Under the pieces are notes generated by a model. That model made no database searches. It had not been told where the DNA came from and saw nothing but the letters and a program-made list of their open reading frames with translations. Below are positions 30,606 to 40,426 of a DNA stretch of 64,000 nucleotides, in pieces. How positions within the stretch are numbered: position 1 is the stretch's first letter; each line of letters starts with the position of its first letter. Origin of the DNA: Phormidesmis sp. (GTDB lineage Bacteria; Cyanobacteriota; Cyanobacteriia; Leptolyngbyales; Leptolyngbyaceae); NCBI GenBank assembly GCA_965248535.1, contig CBDFJR010000005.1, forward strand, positions 1,184,001-1,248,000. Reading direction: 5' to 3'. Both the position numbers and the translations under genes were made by a program.

Positions 30606-32282
30606 TCATCCTTTTGCAAAGAGCGATCGCTCAGTACATTTGATATTTTTCGGGTCGTAATAGGGCTGCCACCATTTCTGCGCGGCATCTTTCCCCTGCA
30701 ACACCAGCGGCGTGGCAGTGGTTGCTGTACTCATCGCGACGCGGAAGTGGAAGTGATCAATGAGTCGGATGGCTTCGACTGCATAAGCTGTCACAATGGC
30801 TGGGTCGTAAATAGCTAACAAGTTATCGCCATTGTCCTGCTCACCTCCCGCTGCCAAATTAGACGAACCTGTAAACACCACAGGATTGTCTCCGTTAAAA
30901 TCCACCACAATAAACTTATGGTGGATCACTTGTCCCATTCCCCCTTCCCACTCTTGATCAAACGGGGGTGGCACTTTGCTTTTGAGATAGCTAAACGAAA
31001 CGAGTAATCCATTGCTGGCATCGGGCTTGTACAGATTTAACCCTTTATCCGTCTGAGTCACCCCATAGGAGAAAACATTGGGGTTAGCACCGAGGGCTTT
31101 GAGGTCATCTAACACCACGCCACTCCCTGCCAGTTCCATAATCGCGTAGAGGACTGACCCCTTTGCCTGCTCGATCGCACTGGCCACTTTTTTAAGAGAG
31201 ATATCTGCCGAAATATGGGGTGAAAAGCAGACCGAACACGAGGGAATACCCTGTCCTTTGAGGTCAAACCACTGCGCGGCGATCGCAGATTTTGCAAATC
31301 CTGCCATGCTGCTAAAGGCTTCGTTAAATGCTTGCTCATAGAGGTCAGCGGTCGGAGCATCCTCAAAAACCAGCACATTGTTTGCCTGCACATACAGACC
31401 GCGAACAGAGAAATTTGCAGACCCTGTTAAGACTTTAACCGCCTTGCCATTTTTCTTCTGAATCAGAACTTTACAGTGAGCAAAGCGATGAAAGTGCCCC
31501 ACCTTGATATTAGCTGCTCCAGCAGAGGCGATAAGCTTGGCTTTTGCCAATGGCTCCATTGCTGTCGCCCCTGTGTGCAAAGGCGCATCGTCCAAGACGG
31601 CTCTTAAGCGACTCCCTAACTTCTCCAACGATCGGATCACGTCAGGTTCATCTAAGTCATAGGCAAACAAATCGACGGTAATTTCTGGGTCAGCAAGGCA
31701 CTCCTCAATGAAGCTGAACACTAACTTCCGAGCATGATAGCCCAGCCATTCATACTGCTGTTCGTAAGGCGCGGTATCGTAGTCGATCGACTTCTGAGCC
31801 GGACGAAATGGCGCGTTTTTGAACTTAGCAGCATATGCCTGCGACGAGAGATCGCCCCGCGTAAAGCCGAATTCAAATTTCTCGTACTGCTGGGGCAGGA
31901 GGTCAACCGCAACGGTTGCAGTTGCGCCTGACTTAAGACCCCCACTGGCTTGGAAATACATGGCCGTGACTTGATAGTGGTAAGACCCTGGCACAATGGT
32001 TGCGGGCGCATCGACCCAACGAAATTTCTGAAACGGTGCCTGATTCGACGGGGTAAACACGCGCTGCTGAGGAGTCGTCGTGGCAGTAATGGGAGTTTCA
32101 AAGCCAAGCCGATTCGAGAGATAAAATGGCGTGCCGTTGGGCGGGGTGCATTGAATCGCAAACCCAGCGAAATCTTGGGTGAGAGAGGGGTCTAAGTCAA
32201 ATGCCAGTAGAACAGTACCGTCTCCCGGATAGGCGTTGACGGAGAGTCCTGCACTGAGATGATTTGAATGGATCATTGCCAA
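30606..32282 (-). CDS. Phospholipase D-superfamily protein
   Basis: HCKVLIQK...TGSANF and HHKFIVVD...TGSSN motifs. Confidence 0.88.
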   Translation of the reverse strand: MAMIHSNHLSAGLSVNAYPGDGTVLLAFDLDPSLTQDFAGFAIQCTPPNGTPFYLSNRLGFETPITATTTPQQRVFTPSNQAPFQKFRWVDAPATIVPGSYHYQVTAMYFQASGGLKSGATATVAVDLLPQQYEKFEFGFTRGDLSSQAYAAKFKNAPFRPAQKSIDYDTAPYEQQYEWLGYHARKLVFSFIEECLADPEITVDLFAYDLDEPDVIRSLEKLGSRLRAVLDDAPLHTGATAMEPLAKAKLIASAGAANIKVGHFHRFAHCKVLIQKKNGKAVKVLTGSANFSVRGLYVQANNVLVFEDAPTADLYEQAFNEAFSSMAGFAKSAIAAQWFDLKGQGIPSCSVCFSPHISADISLKKVASAIEQAKGSVLYAIMELAGSGVVLDDLKALGANPNVFSYGVTQTDKGLNLYKPDASNGLLVSFSYLKSKVPPPFDQEWEGGMGQVIHHKFIVVDFNGDNPVVFTGSSNLAAGGEQDNGDNLLAIYDPAIVTAYAVEAIRLIDHFHFRVAMSTATTATPLVLQGKDAAQKWWQPYYDPKNIKCTERSLFAKG

Positions 32283-32469
32283 GCCCCAGATGACCGTTGT
32301 TGCTCTTCCCTTATACTCCTAGAGGCGCTAACTGAAGATGACAAAGATGTGAACAGGAGATTGAGTTGATGTGACAAGCGCGAACAGTGCTCTGGATTAA
32401 CGGCACAGCCGATCTAACTGAGTGAAATAACGCTACACTATCCTTCATTCATCCAGTAAGAGTTTCATC

Positions 32470-32865
32470 ATGCTTAATATTCACCTTCTGCGATGGGCAG
32501 TCGCCCCAGTCGCGATCGGGATGCTCATCCTTTCGGGATGCGGCAAACAAGAACAAGCGTCTGCTCCTGCTGCAAATACTCAGCCTGCGCCTGCCTCATC
32601 CATAGCCGCAAAGTCTCCGATTCCCGCTGCTGCTGCAAGTCCATCCGGAGAAATGAAAGCCCCGGTTGGAGGAATGAAGCCATCCGGAGGGATGAAGCCC
32701 CAGGGAACTCAGTGTGTGGGAGATGCGCCCGTCAAGGGCAATGTCAAAGGAGAGAAAAAGATCTACCACATTCCAGGCTCAAAGGGTTATGACGACACGA
32801 AGCCTGAGACGTGTTTTAAGACCGCTGCCGATGCTGAGAAAGCAGGCTTTCATGCTCCTAAATAG
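32470..32865 (+). CDS. Lipoprotein with C-terminal small metal-binding-like domain
   Basis: Lipobox LSGC, Ala/Pro linker, VKGN..KIYH.PG...CF....AEKAGF. Confidence 0.75.
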   Translation: MLNIHLLRWAVAPVAIGMLILSGCGKQEQASAPAANTQPAPASSIAAKSPIPAAAASPSGEMKAPVGGMKPSGGMKPQGTQCVGDAPVKGNVKGEKKIYHIPGSKGYDDTKPETCFKTAADAEKAGFHAPK

Positions 32866-32971
32866 CAGGGTTGCTCCAAGCATTCATCTAGGCTTTCGTG
32901 ACTCGATTACTAAGACCCGGTGTTTACAGGGATTTATCTTGACTTCTATGAGCTGTCAATATTGTCTAGAA

Positions 32972-33331
32972 CTAGGACGATTCTGAGCGGACTCGCCCTA
33001 AACTCATTAGCAAGACTCCCAGATCTACCAACAGAATTGCTCCCCATTTTTCAGGAATCAGAACGTCGATCGGTAAGGGTCTTGCGATCAGCAAGACCAC
33101 CAAAATTGCAGTTACAGGCAGGGAAATCTGCAATTTATTAGCATCGTTTGCGACATATCCACCTAGCTCAAACAGTCCCGTGAACATAGGCACGGCTTTA
33201 GGAGATTGAGCAATTCTGGCAAACACATTCTGAAGCGACAAACAGACTGTGGTGAGGAGTGCCAAGGTGAATCCTCGCCACCAATGAGCAGCCTTAAGAG
33301 GTGAGAAGTTAGGGGAGGCAGGAGAAGTCAT
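32972..33331 (-). pseudogene. Internally deleted EamA/DMT-like transporter
   Basis: N-terminal LSLQNV helix joined to C-terminal PVTAIL...GVLLMSL; far shorter than a full DMT. Confidence 0.5.
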
Positions 33332-33353
33332 CAGCGATAATTGGATGAAATAT

Positions 33354-33372
33354 AATACTTCGGACAGTTTTT
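33354..33372 (+). mobile_element. Solo terminal-IR remnant of the IS at 11724/61375
   Basis: AATACTTCGGACAGTTTTT matches that element's terminal IR. Confidence 0.65.
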
Positions 33373-33633
33373 GAGGTTGAAATCCTCATTTTATCGTTAG
33401 CATTTAACCTCCATAAGGAGGCTAAAACATATGTTCTACGGTTGGCGGTTCAAAACTGTTCAAACCGTTACTAGACGTGCTGCTGATTCTTACGTATGTT
33501 TCAGAATGGTTTCCGTAATCGTCCACTTGAATATTTCTATGCCCTTTCCTACAGATTTCTACCTCTTTAACGACTTTGTACTGAGACGGGTGCCAGATCT
33601 GAGCTAAATCAAATTATTTCTGATCTTCGCTCC

Positions 33634-33669
33634 AATCTTTCCAAGTTCTTGACATTTGTTATTTAAAGT
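33634..33669 (+). promoter_or_regulatory. Regulon box 1 plus -10
   Basis: AATCTTTCCAAGTTCTTGAC-N10-TAAAGT. Confidence 0.8.
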
Positions 33670-33927
33670 AAAACATGAGGTGAATTTGTGGTGATGACGA
33701 ACACAACAATTTGCAATACTGCTTGACAGTGGGAAATTCATCTAATCATCTTATGCTGACATGATAACTCTGCGATCTCTGAATTTTTCACAGGCAGTAT
33801 CAGCAATCATGTAATTCACCAGGCAAATTTCTCTATTTTAGTTGTGAAAAATCATGAATCTGTAGGTACAAGTAAAAGTCAGGAACTGGAATGAAAAATT
33901 TTCAAAAAATCAAGCAGGAAAAATATC

Positions 33928-34695
33928 ATGAGAAGAGTGTTAAACAGGGTTCCAGAAGTTACAGGTTCCTTCTGGATTGTTAAAGTTCTGGCAACCACGG
34001 TGGGTGAAACTGCGGCTGATTTTCTATCAGTAAATTTAAACCTTGGTTTAAGCGTTACATCGTATGTTATGAGTGGCGTATTGCTGATTGCGCTTCTGAA
34101 TCAGTTTAGGCTCAAACGGTATGTCCCAGTGAGCTACTGGATTGTAGTTGTTTTGATGAGTATTACTGGCACACTGATTACTGACAGACTGGTAGATAAT
34201 TTTGGAGTTAGTTTCATGACAACTACTGTCATTTTTAGTGTTGCCTTGACAGCAGTTTTTGCACTCTGGTATTTAAACGAAAAGACATTAGCGATGCACT
34301 CCATCAACACCGCTAAAAGAGAGTTGTTCTATTGGGCAGCTATCTTATTTACGTTTGCCTTGGGCACGGCAACAGGAGACCTTCTAGCGGAGGCTTCGGG
34401 TCTAGGTTATGCACAATCAGTTCTAGTGTTTGGCGCTTTAATTGCGATCGTAGCGATTAGTTATTATTACTTTCGGCTGAATGCAGTCTTGGCATTTTGG
34501 ATAGCTTACATCTTGACTCGCCCACTTGGAGCATCTATGGGAGATTTATTATCCCAACCTACGACAATGGGTGGTTTTGGTTTGGGTACAGTTAAAACTA
34601 GTATGCTCTTTCTTTCCATAATCGTGAGCTTGATCATTTACTTAAGCCTTAAGCAGAAGAAGCCAGTCGCACTGTCCATCGATCAACAAGATTAA
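33928..34695 (+). CDS. COG4705/DUF347 membrane protein
   Basis: RVPEVT..FWIVKVLATTVGETAAD, ELFYWAAIL.TFALGT, YILTRPLGA. Confidence 0.88.
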   Translation: MRRVLNRVPEVTGSFWIVKVLATTVGETAADFLSVNLNLGLSVTSYVMSGVLLIALLNQFRLKRYVPVSYWIVVVLMSITGTLITDRLVDNFGVSFMTTTVIFSVALTAVFALWYLNEKTLAMHSINTAKRELFYWAAILFTFALGTATGDLLAEASGLGYAQSVLVFGALIAIVAISYYYFRLNAVLAFWIAYILTRPLGASMGDLLSQPTTMGGFGLGTVKTSMLFLSIIVSLIIYLSLKQKKPVALSIDQQD

Positions 34696-34855
34696 TGAAT
34701 GAGCGATCCAGCGGTGACGATTTGCCCCATTGTTCAGCAGAGATCTTGAATCGATACTACGTCTATTGCTCGATTCCAGAAGTGATAAGCTTGCTCGTAG
34801 TAGTGCCGACAAATATCTGCTTGAGTAAGACAGTCATGTTTTCGGGTCGAGATCG

Positions 34856-36037
34856 ATGAAACCTCAACTTCTCAGAAACTTGCCCCGTAACGTTTGGATT
34901 CTGGGCTTTGTGAGTTTACTCACTGATGTCAGTTCCGAGATGATTCACTCGGTGCTGCCGTTGTTTCTCGTTTCAACGTTGGGAGCGAGTGTAGCTACAG
35001 TTGGACTGATTGAAGGGGTTGCCGAGGCAACGGCTTCAGTGCTGAAAGTCTTTTCAGGCGCATTAAGTGATTACTGGGGACAGCGGAAAGGATTAGCGAT
35101 CGCTGGATACGGACTATCGACGCTTGTTAAGCCACTGTTTGCGATCGCGACCAGTCCTGCTTGGGTTTTGTTGGCTCGATTTTCCGATCGAGTGGGTAAA
35201 GGAATTCGAGTCGCTCCGCGTGATGCCCTAGTCGCAGATGTAACGGCTCCTAGCGATCTCGGTGCAGCCTATGGATTGCGTCAGTCGCTCGATACGATCG
35301 GCGCATTTCTCGGCCCCTTAATTGCCTTTGCGTTGCTATCTCTATCCGCGCAGAATTTTCGGCTGGTTTTTTGGGTAGCACTGTTGCCGGGAGTGTTGGC
35401 AGTTGCTCTACTCGCAGTTGGAGTCCAGGAACCCAAAGCGCCGATTCGGGCGAAGCAAAACCCGCTACGATGGTCGGCGCTCAAAAGTTTGAGTCGAAGA
35501 TACTGGTGGTTGGTTGGCGTTGCCCTACTCTTCAATTTGGGAAACTCCAGCGATGCCTTTTTGCTGCTTCGAGCGAAACAGGTCGGAATTGCAGATCCTC
35601 TGATTCCTTTATCTTTAGTGGTGATGAATGTAGCGTATTCGTTGAGTGCTTATCCGATCGGGTTACTCTCCGATCGCGTGGGTCGGATGGGGCTTTTAGT
35701 CGGTGGATTCTCACTCTATGCGCTGACTTATTTGGGATTTGGGTTTGTCCAAGCGCCTTGGCAAATTTGGGGGCTGTTTGCGCTCTATGGGTTGCATCTG
35801 GGAATGAGTCAAGGGTTGCTGCTGGCGATCGTCGCTGACACGATTCCCAGTGCTCTACGCGGCACTGCCTTTGGACTGATTAATCTCGTGACTGGAATCG
35901 CGCTTTTACCTGCGAGTTTACTCGCAGGATTTTTGTGGCAAAGTGTCAGTCCGCAGGCAACTTTTTTAGTAGGAAGTTTATTTGCGATCGCGGCGATTTT
36001 CCTTCTTTTGGCAATCCCTCGCGATAATGTGGATTGA
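34856..36037 (+). CDS. MFS transporter
   Basis: DVSSEMI, GALSDYWGQRK, DRVGKGIR.APRDAL; about 12 TM helices. Confidence 0.92.
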   Translation: MKPQLLRNLPRNVWILGFVSLLTDVSSEMIHSVLPLFLVSTLGASVATVGLIEGVAEATASVLKVFSGALSDYWGQRKGLAIAGYGLSTLVKPLFAIATSPAWVLLARFSDRVGKGIRVAPRDALVADVTAPSDLGAAYGLRQSLDTIGAFLGPLIAFALLSLSAQNFRLVFWVALLPGVLAVALLAVGVQEPKAPIRAKQNPLRWSALKSLSRRYWWLVGVALLFNLGNSSDAFLLLRAKQVGIADPLIPLSLVVMNVAYSLSAYPIGLLSDRVGRMGLLVGGFSLYALTYLGFGFVQAPWQIWGLFALYGLHLGMSQGLLLAIVADTIPSALRGTAFGLINLVTGIALLPASLLAGFLWQSVSPQATFLVGSLFAIAAIFLLLAIPRDNVD

Positions 36038-36061
36038 AGCCTGAGTAATCTAGCAACACTG

Positions 36062-36736
36062 ATGAGAATTTTATTAGTTGAAGACGATCACCGAATTGCG
36101 AAGCCTTTAGCAGAAGATCTGCGACATCAGCACCATGTTGTAGACATTGCGAAAGATGGTTTAGAGGGATGGGAAGCGTCTCAGTTGGTTGCTTATGACC
36201 TGATTTTACTGGACTTAATGTTACCGAAGCTGGACGGCGTTAGCCTGTGTAAACGGTTGCGAACTGCCAAATCCCAAGCCCTAATTCTGATGCTAACAGC
36301 ACGCGACACGACGGGCGATAAAATCATTGGATTGGATGCCGGAGCCGATGATTATTTGGTTAAGCCCTTTGAACTAGATGAATTAGCCGCAAGAATTCGG
36401 GCGTTGTCACGACGAAGTTCAGAAGTCAAACCCTCAACTTTGATTCATGGTCAATTAGAAATTGATCCAAGTACTTACCATGTCACATATGGAGGCGTGC
36501 CTGTATCACTAACGCCTAGAGAATATATGATTCTGGAGTGTTTTTTACGAACTCCTAGTCAGGTTTTAACTCGTTCAGCCATCCTAGACAAGCTGTGGGA
36601 GTTTGATAAATCTTCGGGAGAAGAAACGATTAAAACTCATATTACGAACTTGCGTCGCAAGCTGAAAGTCGCTGGGAGTCCAGAGGATTTTATCGAAACG
36701 GTGTATGGTCTCGGTTATCGACTTCATTCTGTTTAA
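36062..36736 (+). CDS. OmpR-family response regulator
   Basis: LLVEDD, ILLDLMLP, DDYLVKPF, winged helix IETVYGLGYR. Confidence 0.95.
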   Translation: MRILLVEDDHRIAKPLAEDLRHQHHVVDIAKDGLEGWEASQLVAYDLILLDLMLPKLDGVSLCKRLRTAKSQALILMLTARDTTGDKIIGLDAGADDYLVKPFELDELAARIRALSRRSSEVKPSTLIHGQLEIDPSTYHVTYGGVPVSLTPREYMILECFLRTPSQVLTRSAILDKLWEFDKSSGEETIKTHITNLRRKLKVAGSPEDFIETVYGLGYRLHSV

Positions 36737-38151
36737 CCAGTGGTGGGTTTGGGAGGCGATAGGTTCCACGCTCTATGCGAAGCATGAGCGCCCCTGATAC
36801 ATGGACATCCCAAGCGCCTGAGCGAAGCGAAGAAGCCCTCTCTCAGAGCATTTAACAGAATGCCTAAATTTGTTAAATTATTGGAATGTTGAGTCTGACC
36901 TACAGCTACCGAATTTATCCAGACCTCACCCAATCAGCCGAAATGCTGTCTTGGTTGGAGCAATGTAGAAAGGTCTACAACTATGCTTTGCAAGAGCGCA
37001 AGGACTGGATCAATTCGCGTAAATGTGCGGTCAACGCTTGCAGCATCAGAGCAGAATACATCCTTCCCGCAGACGTACCCTACCCCGATTACTACAAGCA
37101 GCAGAACGCGTTGACTCAAGCCAAGAACGAGATTCCTGAACTCAAACAAGTTCAGTCTCAAGTGCTGCAAGACGCGCTGCGCCGAGTCGATAAAGCCTTC
37201 AAGTTCATGAAAGAGCGGGATTTTGGGTTCCCACGCTTCAAGAAGTTTGGGCAGTATCGCTCGGTTGTGTTTCCGCAATTCAAAGCGAATCCCCTGAGCA
37301 GGAACTGCATCAAGTTGCCGAAGCTTGGGGACATCCCGATCAATCTGCACCGCCCGATTCCCGATGGATTCGAGGTGAAGCAGGTCAGAGTGGTGAAGAA
37401 AGCGTCGCGCTGGTACGCCCAATTGATTCTGCAATGCAATGTTCAAGTGCCCGACATCCTGCCCCATGGTGAACCCATCGGCATTGATTTGGGACTGGAA
37501 AAGTTCTTGGCGGTTTCGACCGGAGCGTTGATTCAACGACCCCGCTTTTTTGTGGACTTGCAAGGCAAGCTGAAATGGCTGCAACGCAAGTTAAGAAACA
37601 AAAAGAAGGGTTCTGCGAATTACCGGAAAGCCCAAGCCAAGATTCGCACTCTGCACGAACACATTCACGACACCAGGCGAGAGTTCCACTTTCAAACGGC
37701 TCACCAGCTTTGTGATCAAGTCGGGATGATCTTTGCTGAAGACCTCAACTTCAAAATGATGAGTCGAGGGATGTTGGCAAAGCATTGTTTGGACGCTGCG
37801 TGGGGGAGCTTCCTCGACATCCTCAAATGGGTGAGTTGGAAGCGAGGGGTGTTCTTTGCCAAGGTAGACCCCAACGGGACAAGTCAAACTTGCCCCAACT
37901 GTGGAGCGCAGACCGGAAAGAAAGAACTGAGTCAGCGTGTGCATGAGTGTGGTGAGTGTGGATATGTCACTGACCGAGATGTAGCTGCCGCCCAAGTGGT
38001 GATGCAGCGTGGACTTGTAGCCGTTGGGCAAACGGTGATACTGCCTGTGGAGGAAGGTTGCTTGGGAACCCCGATGAAGCAGGAAAGCTCGGTTGCGAAG
38101 CCGAGAAGCCAGCGCGCTATTGCGAAGCAATGAGCGTCTGGAGAATGTCAC
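36737..38151 (+). mobile_element. IS200/IS605-family non-autonomous element (tnpB only)
   Basis: Follows TTTAA (36732-36736); related subterminal hairpins at 36769-36790 and 38113-38136 (TGC-GAA-GCA core); right end TCAC 38148-38151; no tnpA. Confidence 0.8.
36886..38133 (+). CDS. tnpB: RNA-guided endonuclease TnpB
   Basis: YSYRIYP, RuvC-I GIDLG, RuvC-II FAEDL, Zn finger CPNC/CGEC, RuvC-III DRDVAAA. Confidence 0.95.
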   Translation: MLSLTYSYRIYPDLTQSAEMLSWLEQCRKVYNYALQERKDWINSRKCAVNACSIRAEYILPADVPYPDYYKQQNALTQAKNEIPELKQVQSQVLQDALRRVDKAFKFMKERDFGFPRFKKFGQYRSVVFPQFKANPLSRNCIKLPKLGDIPINLHRPIPDGFEVKQVRVVKKASRWYAQLILQCNVQVPDILPHGEPIGIDLGLEKFLAVSTGALIQRPRFFVDLQGKLKWLQRKLRNKKKGSANYRKAQAKIRTLHEHIHDTRREFHFQTAHQLCDQVGMIFAEDLNFKMMSRGMLAKHCLDAAWGSFLDILKWVSWKRGVFFAKVDPNGTSQTCPNCGAQTGKKELSQRVHECGECGYVTDRDVAAAQVVMQRGLVAVGQTVILPVEEGCLGTPMKQESSVAKPRSQRAIAKQ

Positions 38152-38157
38152 CTCAGT

Positions 38158-38193
38158 AATCTTTTCAAGTTCTTGACATTGTTTCTCTACGAT
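38158..38193 (+). promoter_or_regulatory. Regulon box 2 plus -10
   Basis: AATCTTTTCAAGTTCTTGAC-N10-TACGAT upstream of uppP. Confidence 0.8.
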
Positions 38194-38222
38194 AAGAGCG
38201 TTGTTTTAACTCTCGGCGTAGA

Positions 38223-39116
38223 ATGATTTCTTACCTTATGGTCACTTCCGCTTGTTCGAGCGATGTTGATTTGGGATTTGTGCAACTCGGCTGGTTTAAG
38301 GTCATGATCTTGGGCATTGTTCAAGGCATTACTGAGCTACTGCCAATTAGTAGTACGGCTCATCTGCGAATTGTTCCAGGTTTGCTGGGATGGCAAGATC
38401 CAGGCAGCGCCTTTAGTGCTGCGATGCAGTTAGCTAGTCTGACGGCGGTTGTCACTTATTTCTGGAAAGACCTTAACCGTATGACTGGCGCAACCATTCG
38501 AGCCATTGCACAACAAGACTATCAGGATCAAGATTTTCGACTCGCGATCGGGCTACTCGTTGGAACCATTCCCATTGGAATTACTGGGTTGCTGCTGAAA
38601 AAAACGCTCAATGCCTGTAATTCTCCGTTTCGCGCCCTTACCGTCGTTGGGATTGCATCGATCGTCATGGCTCTGTTACTGGCAATCGCAGAGAAACGCG
38701 GCAAGCGAAATCGGGAGTTCAATAAACTTTCGATGCAAGACGGAATTTGGGTAGGTCTTGCTCAAGCTTTGGCGCTCATTCCTGGAGTCTCTCGTTCTGG
38801 CTCGACGCTCACCGCAGGACTTTTCTTAGAAATGGATCGTGAAACGGCTGCCAGATTTTCCTTTTTACTCGGATTGCCAGCCATCATTTTAGCAGGCGCA
38901 CTCGAACTGCATACACTATTCAAAGCTGGGCTTGACCTCTATGGGTGGATGATTCTACTGGTCGGACTGGTTACAGCTAGTCTTTCTGCATTTGCTGCAA
39001 TTTACGGACTCCTTCACTATTTAGAAAAACGCTCTACCTGGGTATTTGTTTGGTATCGTCTGATTATGGGTGTATTCCTACTCGTCGGAGTTAGTGCGGG
39101 ATTTCTTCGCAATTAG
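38223..39116 (+). CDS. uppP: Undecaprenyl-diphosphate phosphatase (BacA/UppP)
   Basis: GIVQGITELLPISSTAH, PGVSRSGST, AARFSFLL. Confidence 0.95.
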   Translation: MISYLMVTSACSSDVDLGFVQLGWFKVMILGIVQGITELLPISSTAHLRIVPGLLGWQDPGSAFSAAMQLASLTAVVTYFWKDLNRMTGATIRAIAQQDYQDQDFRLAIGLLVGTIPIGITGLLLKKTLNACNSPFRALTVVGIASIVMALLLAIAEKRGKRNREFNKLSMQDGIWVGLAQALALIPGVSRSGSTLTAGLFLEMDRETAARFSFLLGLPAIILAGALELHTLFKAGLDLYGWMILLVGLVTASLSAFAAIYGLLHYLEKRSTWVFVWYRLIMGVFLLVGVSAGFLRN

Positions 39117-39157
39117 TTACCCTTAGTGTTAGCTGTTCTCTATTGCCTTCAGCATTT

Positions 39158-40405
39158 GTGTTTAAGCAGATTCAGTATCGCTTGTTGGTTTCCTACCTCA
39201 TCGTTTTCACAGCGATTTTAGGAACGTTTGCGATCGCTGTTCGCATTGTTTACGGGTATAGTCTGAAGCAGCAACTCACCGACAAACTCGTCGCATTAGG
39301 ACAAGGAGCAGTATCCAGCGCAGACGTAAATAACGGTCGGCTCGAAGTCGGGCATGACATTTCTGCTCAAGATTTAATTACGCGGGGTCAAGCACTGCAA
39401 TGGTTTGATCTTCAGGGTCGATTGATGACTCAGCAAGGAAAAACGGTGACGACCTTACCGTTTTCGAGCAGTGAAACTTCTCAAGTTCAGAGATCACACC
39501 CTCGTATCCAATCGATCACGTTACCCATTGTCAGCAGCGACAATCAACACCGCTTTGGATATGTTAGAGCGAGTCAATCTCTCGAAGAATTAGATGAAAA
39601 TCTGCGAAAGCTCGACTGGGGTTTAGGAAGTGGAATTGTGATGGCACTGATTCTCAGCGGTATTGGAGGGGTTTGGTTAACTCGCCAAGCCATGCAGCCG
39701 ATCGAGGAAAGTTTTGAGCGTCTGAAACAATTTACGGCGGATGCGTCCCATGAATTACGAAGTCCGTTGATGGTCATTAAAAGCAATGTATCTGTCGCTC
39801 TAAAATATTCAGATGGGATGCGCCCAACTGATGCCGAAAAGTTTGATGCGATCGCGAGTGCGACTCATCAAATGACTCACCTCACCGAAGACTTATTGTT
39901 ACTAGCGCGGACTGATAAGGTAGCAGTTCCAGATCGACAACCTGTTAATTTAACCCAAGTTTTAGAGCAGATAGTTGAGTTATACCAGCCTCAGGCCCAG
40001 ACCAAGCAAATCAGCCTGCAAGCTCACCTTGCTCAGTCTGCTTTTGTGCTAGGTGACTCAGCACAACTGATTCGATTGTTCATAAATCTAATTGTGAATG
40101 CTTTGCACTACACTCTAGAGCGAGGAAAGGTCGAGGTAAAGTTAAATCGAACTGGGCAAAGCCTTGTGGTTGACGTGAGCGATACGGGAGTCGGAATTGC
40201 TCCAGAACATCTAGCGCGGGTGTTTGACCGATTTTGGCGGGCGGATCAGTCGCGCTCTCATGAGGATGGCGGGTCTGGGTTAGGACTCGCGATCGCGCAA
40301 TCGATCGCTCAAAGTCATGGCGGGACAATCAGCGTCAGTAGTCAGGTTGGGGTTGGCACTTGTTTCACCGTGCAGTTGCCTCTCTTAACAAGACTATTTC
40401 CCTGA
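39158..40405 (+). CDS. Sensor histidine kinase (probable partner of the regulator at 36062)
   Basis: Two TM helices, ADASHELRSPL, DTGVGI, GSGLGLAI; GTG start preferred over TTG 39143. Confidence 0.92.
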   Translation: MFKQIQYRLLVSYLIVFTAILGTFAIAVRIVYGYSLKQQLTDKLVALGQGAVSSADVNNGRLEVGHDISAQDLITRGQALQWFDLQGRLMTQQGKTVTTLPFSSSETSQVQRSHPRIQSITLPIVSSDNQHRFGYVRASQSLEELDENLRKLDWGLGSGIVMALILSGIGGVWLTRQAMQPIEESFERLKQFTADASHELRSPLMVIKSNVSVALKYSDGMRPTDAEKFDAIASATHQMTHLTEDLLLLARTDKVAVPDRQPVNLTQVLEQIVELYQPQAQTKQISLQAHLAQSAFVLGDSAQLIRLFINLIVNALHYTLERGKVEVKLNRTGQSLVVDVSDTGVGIAPEHLARVFDRFWRADQSRSHEDGGSGLGLAIAQSIAQSHGGTISVSSQVGVGTCFTVQLPLLTRLFP

Positions 40406-40426
40406 TTGCCAGTCCAGTGCGACTAA

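Noticed and set aside
33878..33894. Possible tenth box (minus strand TCATTCCAGTTCCTGAC)
   Set aside because: One base short, several mismatches, no TAnnnT at 10 bp
36886..38133. TnpB as a nuclease-dead TldR-type repressor of the regulon
   Set aside because: All three RuvC acidic residues are present and transposon ends are intact
36934..38151. Long minus-strand ORFs over tnpB
   Set aside because: Antisense shadows with no recognisable motifs
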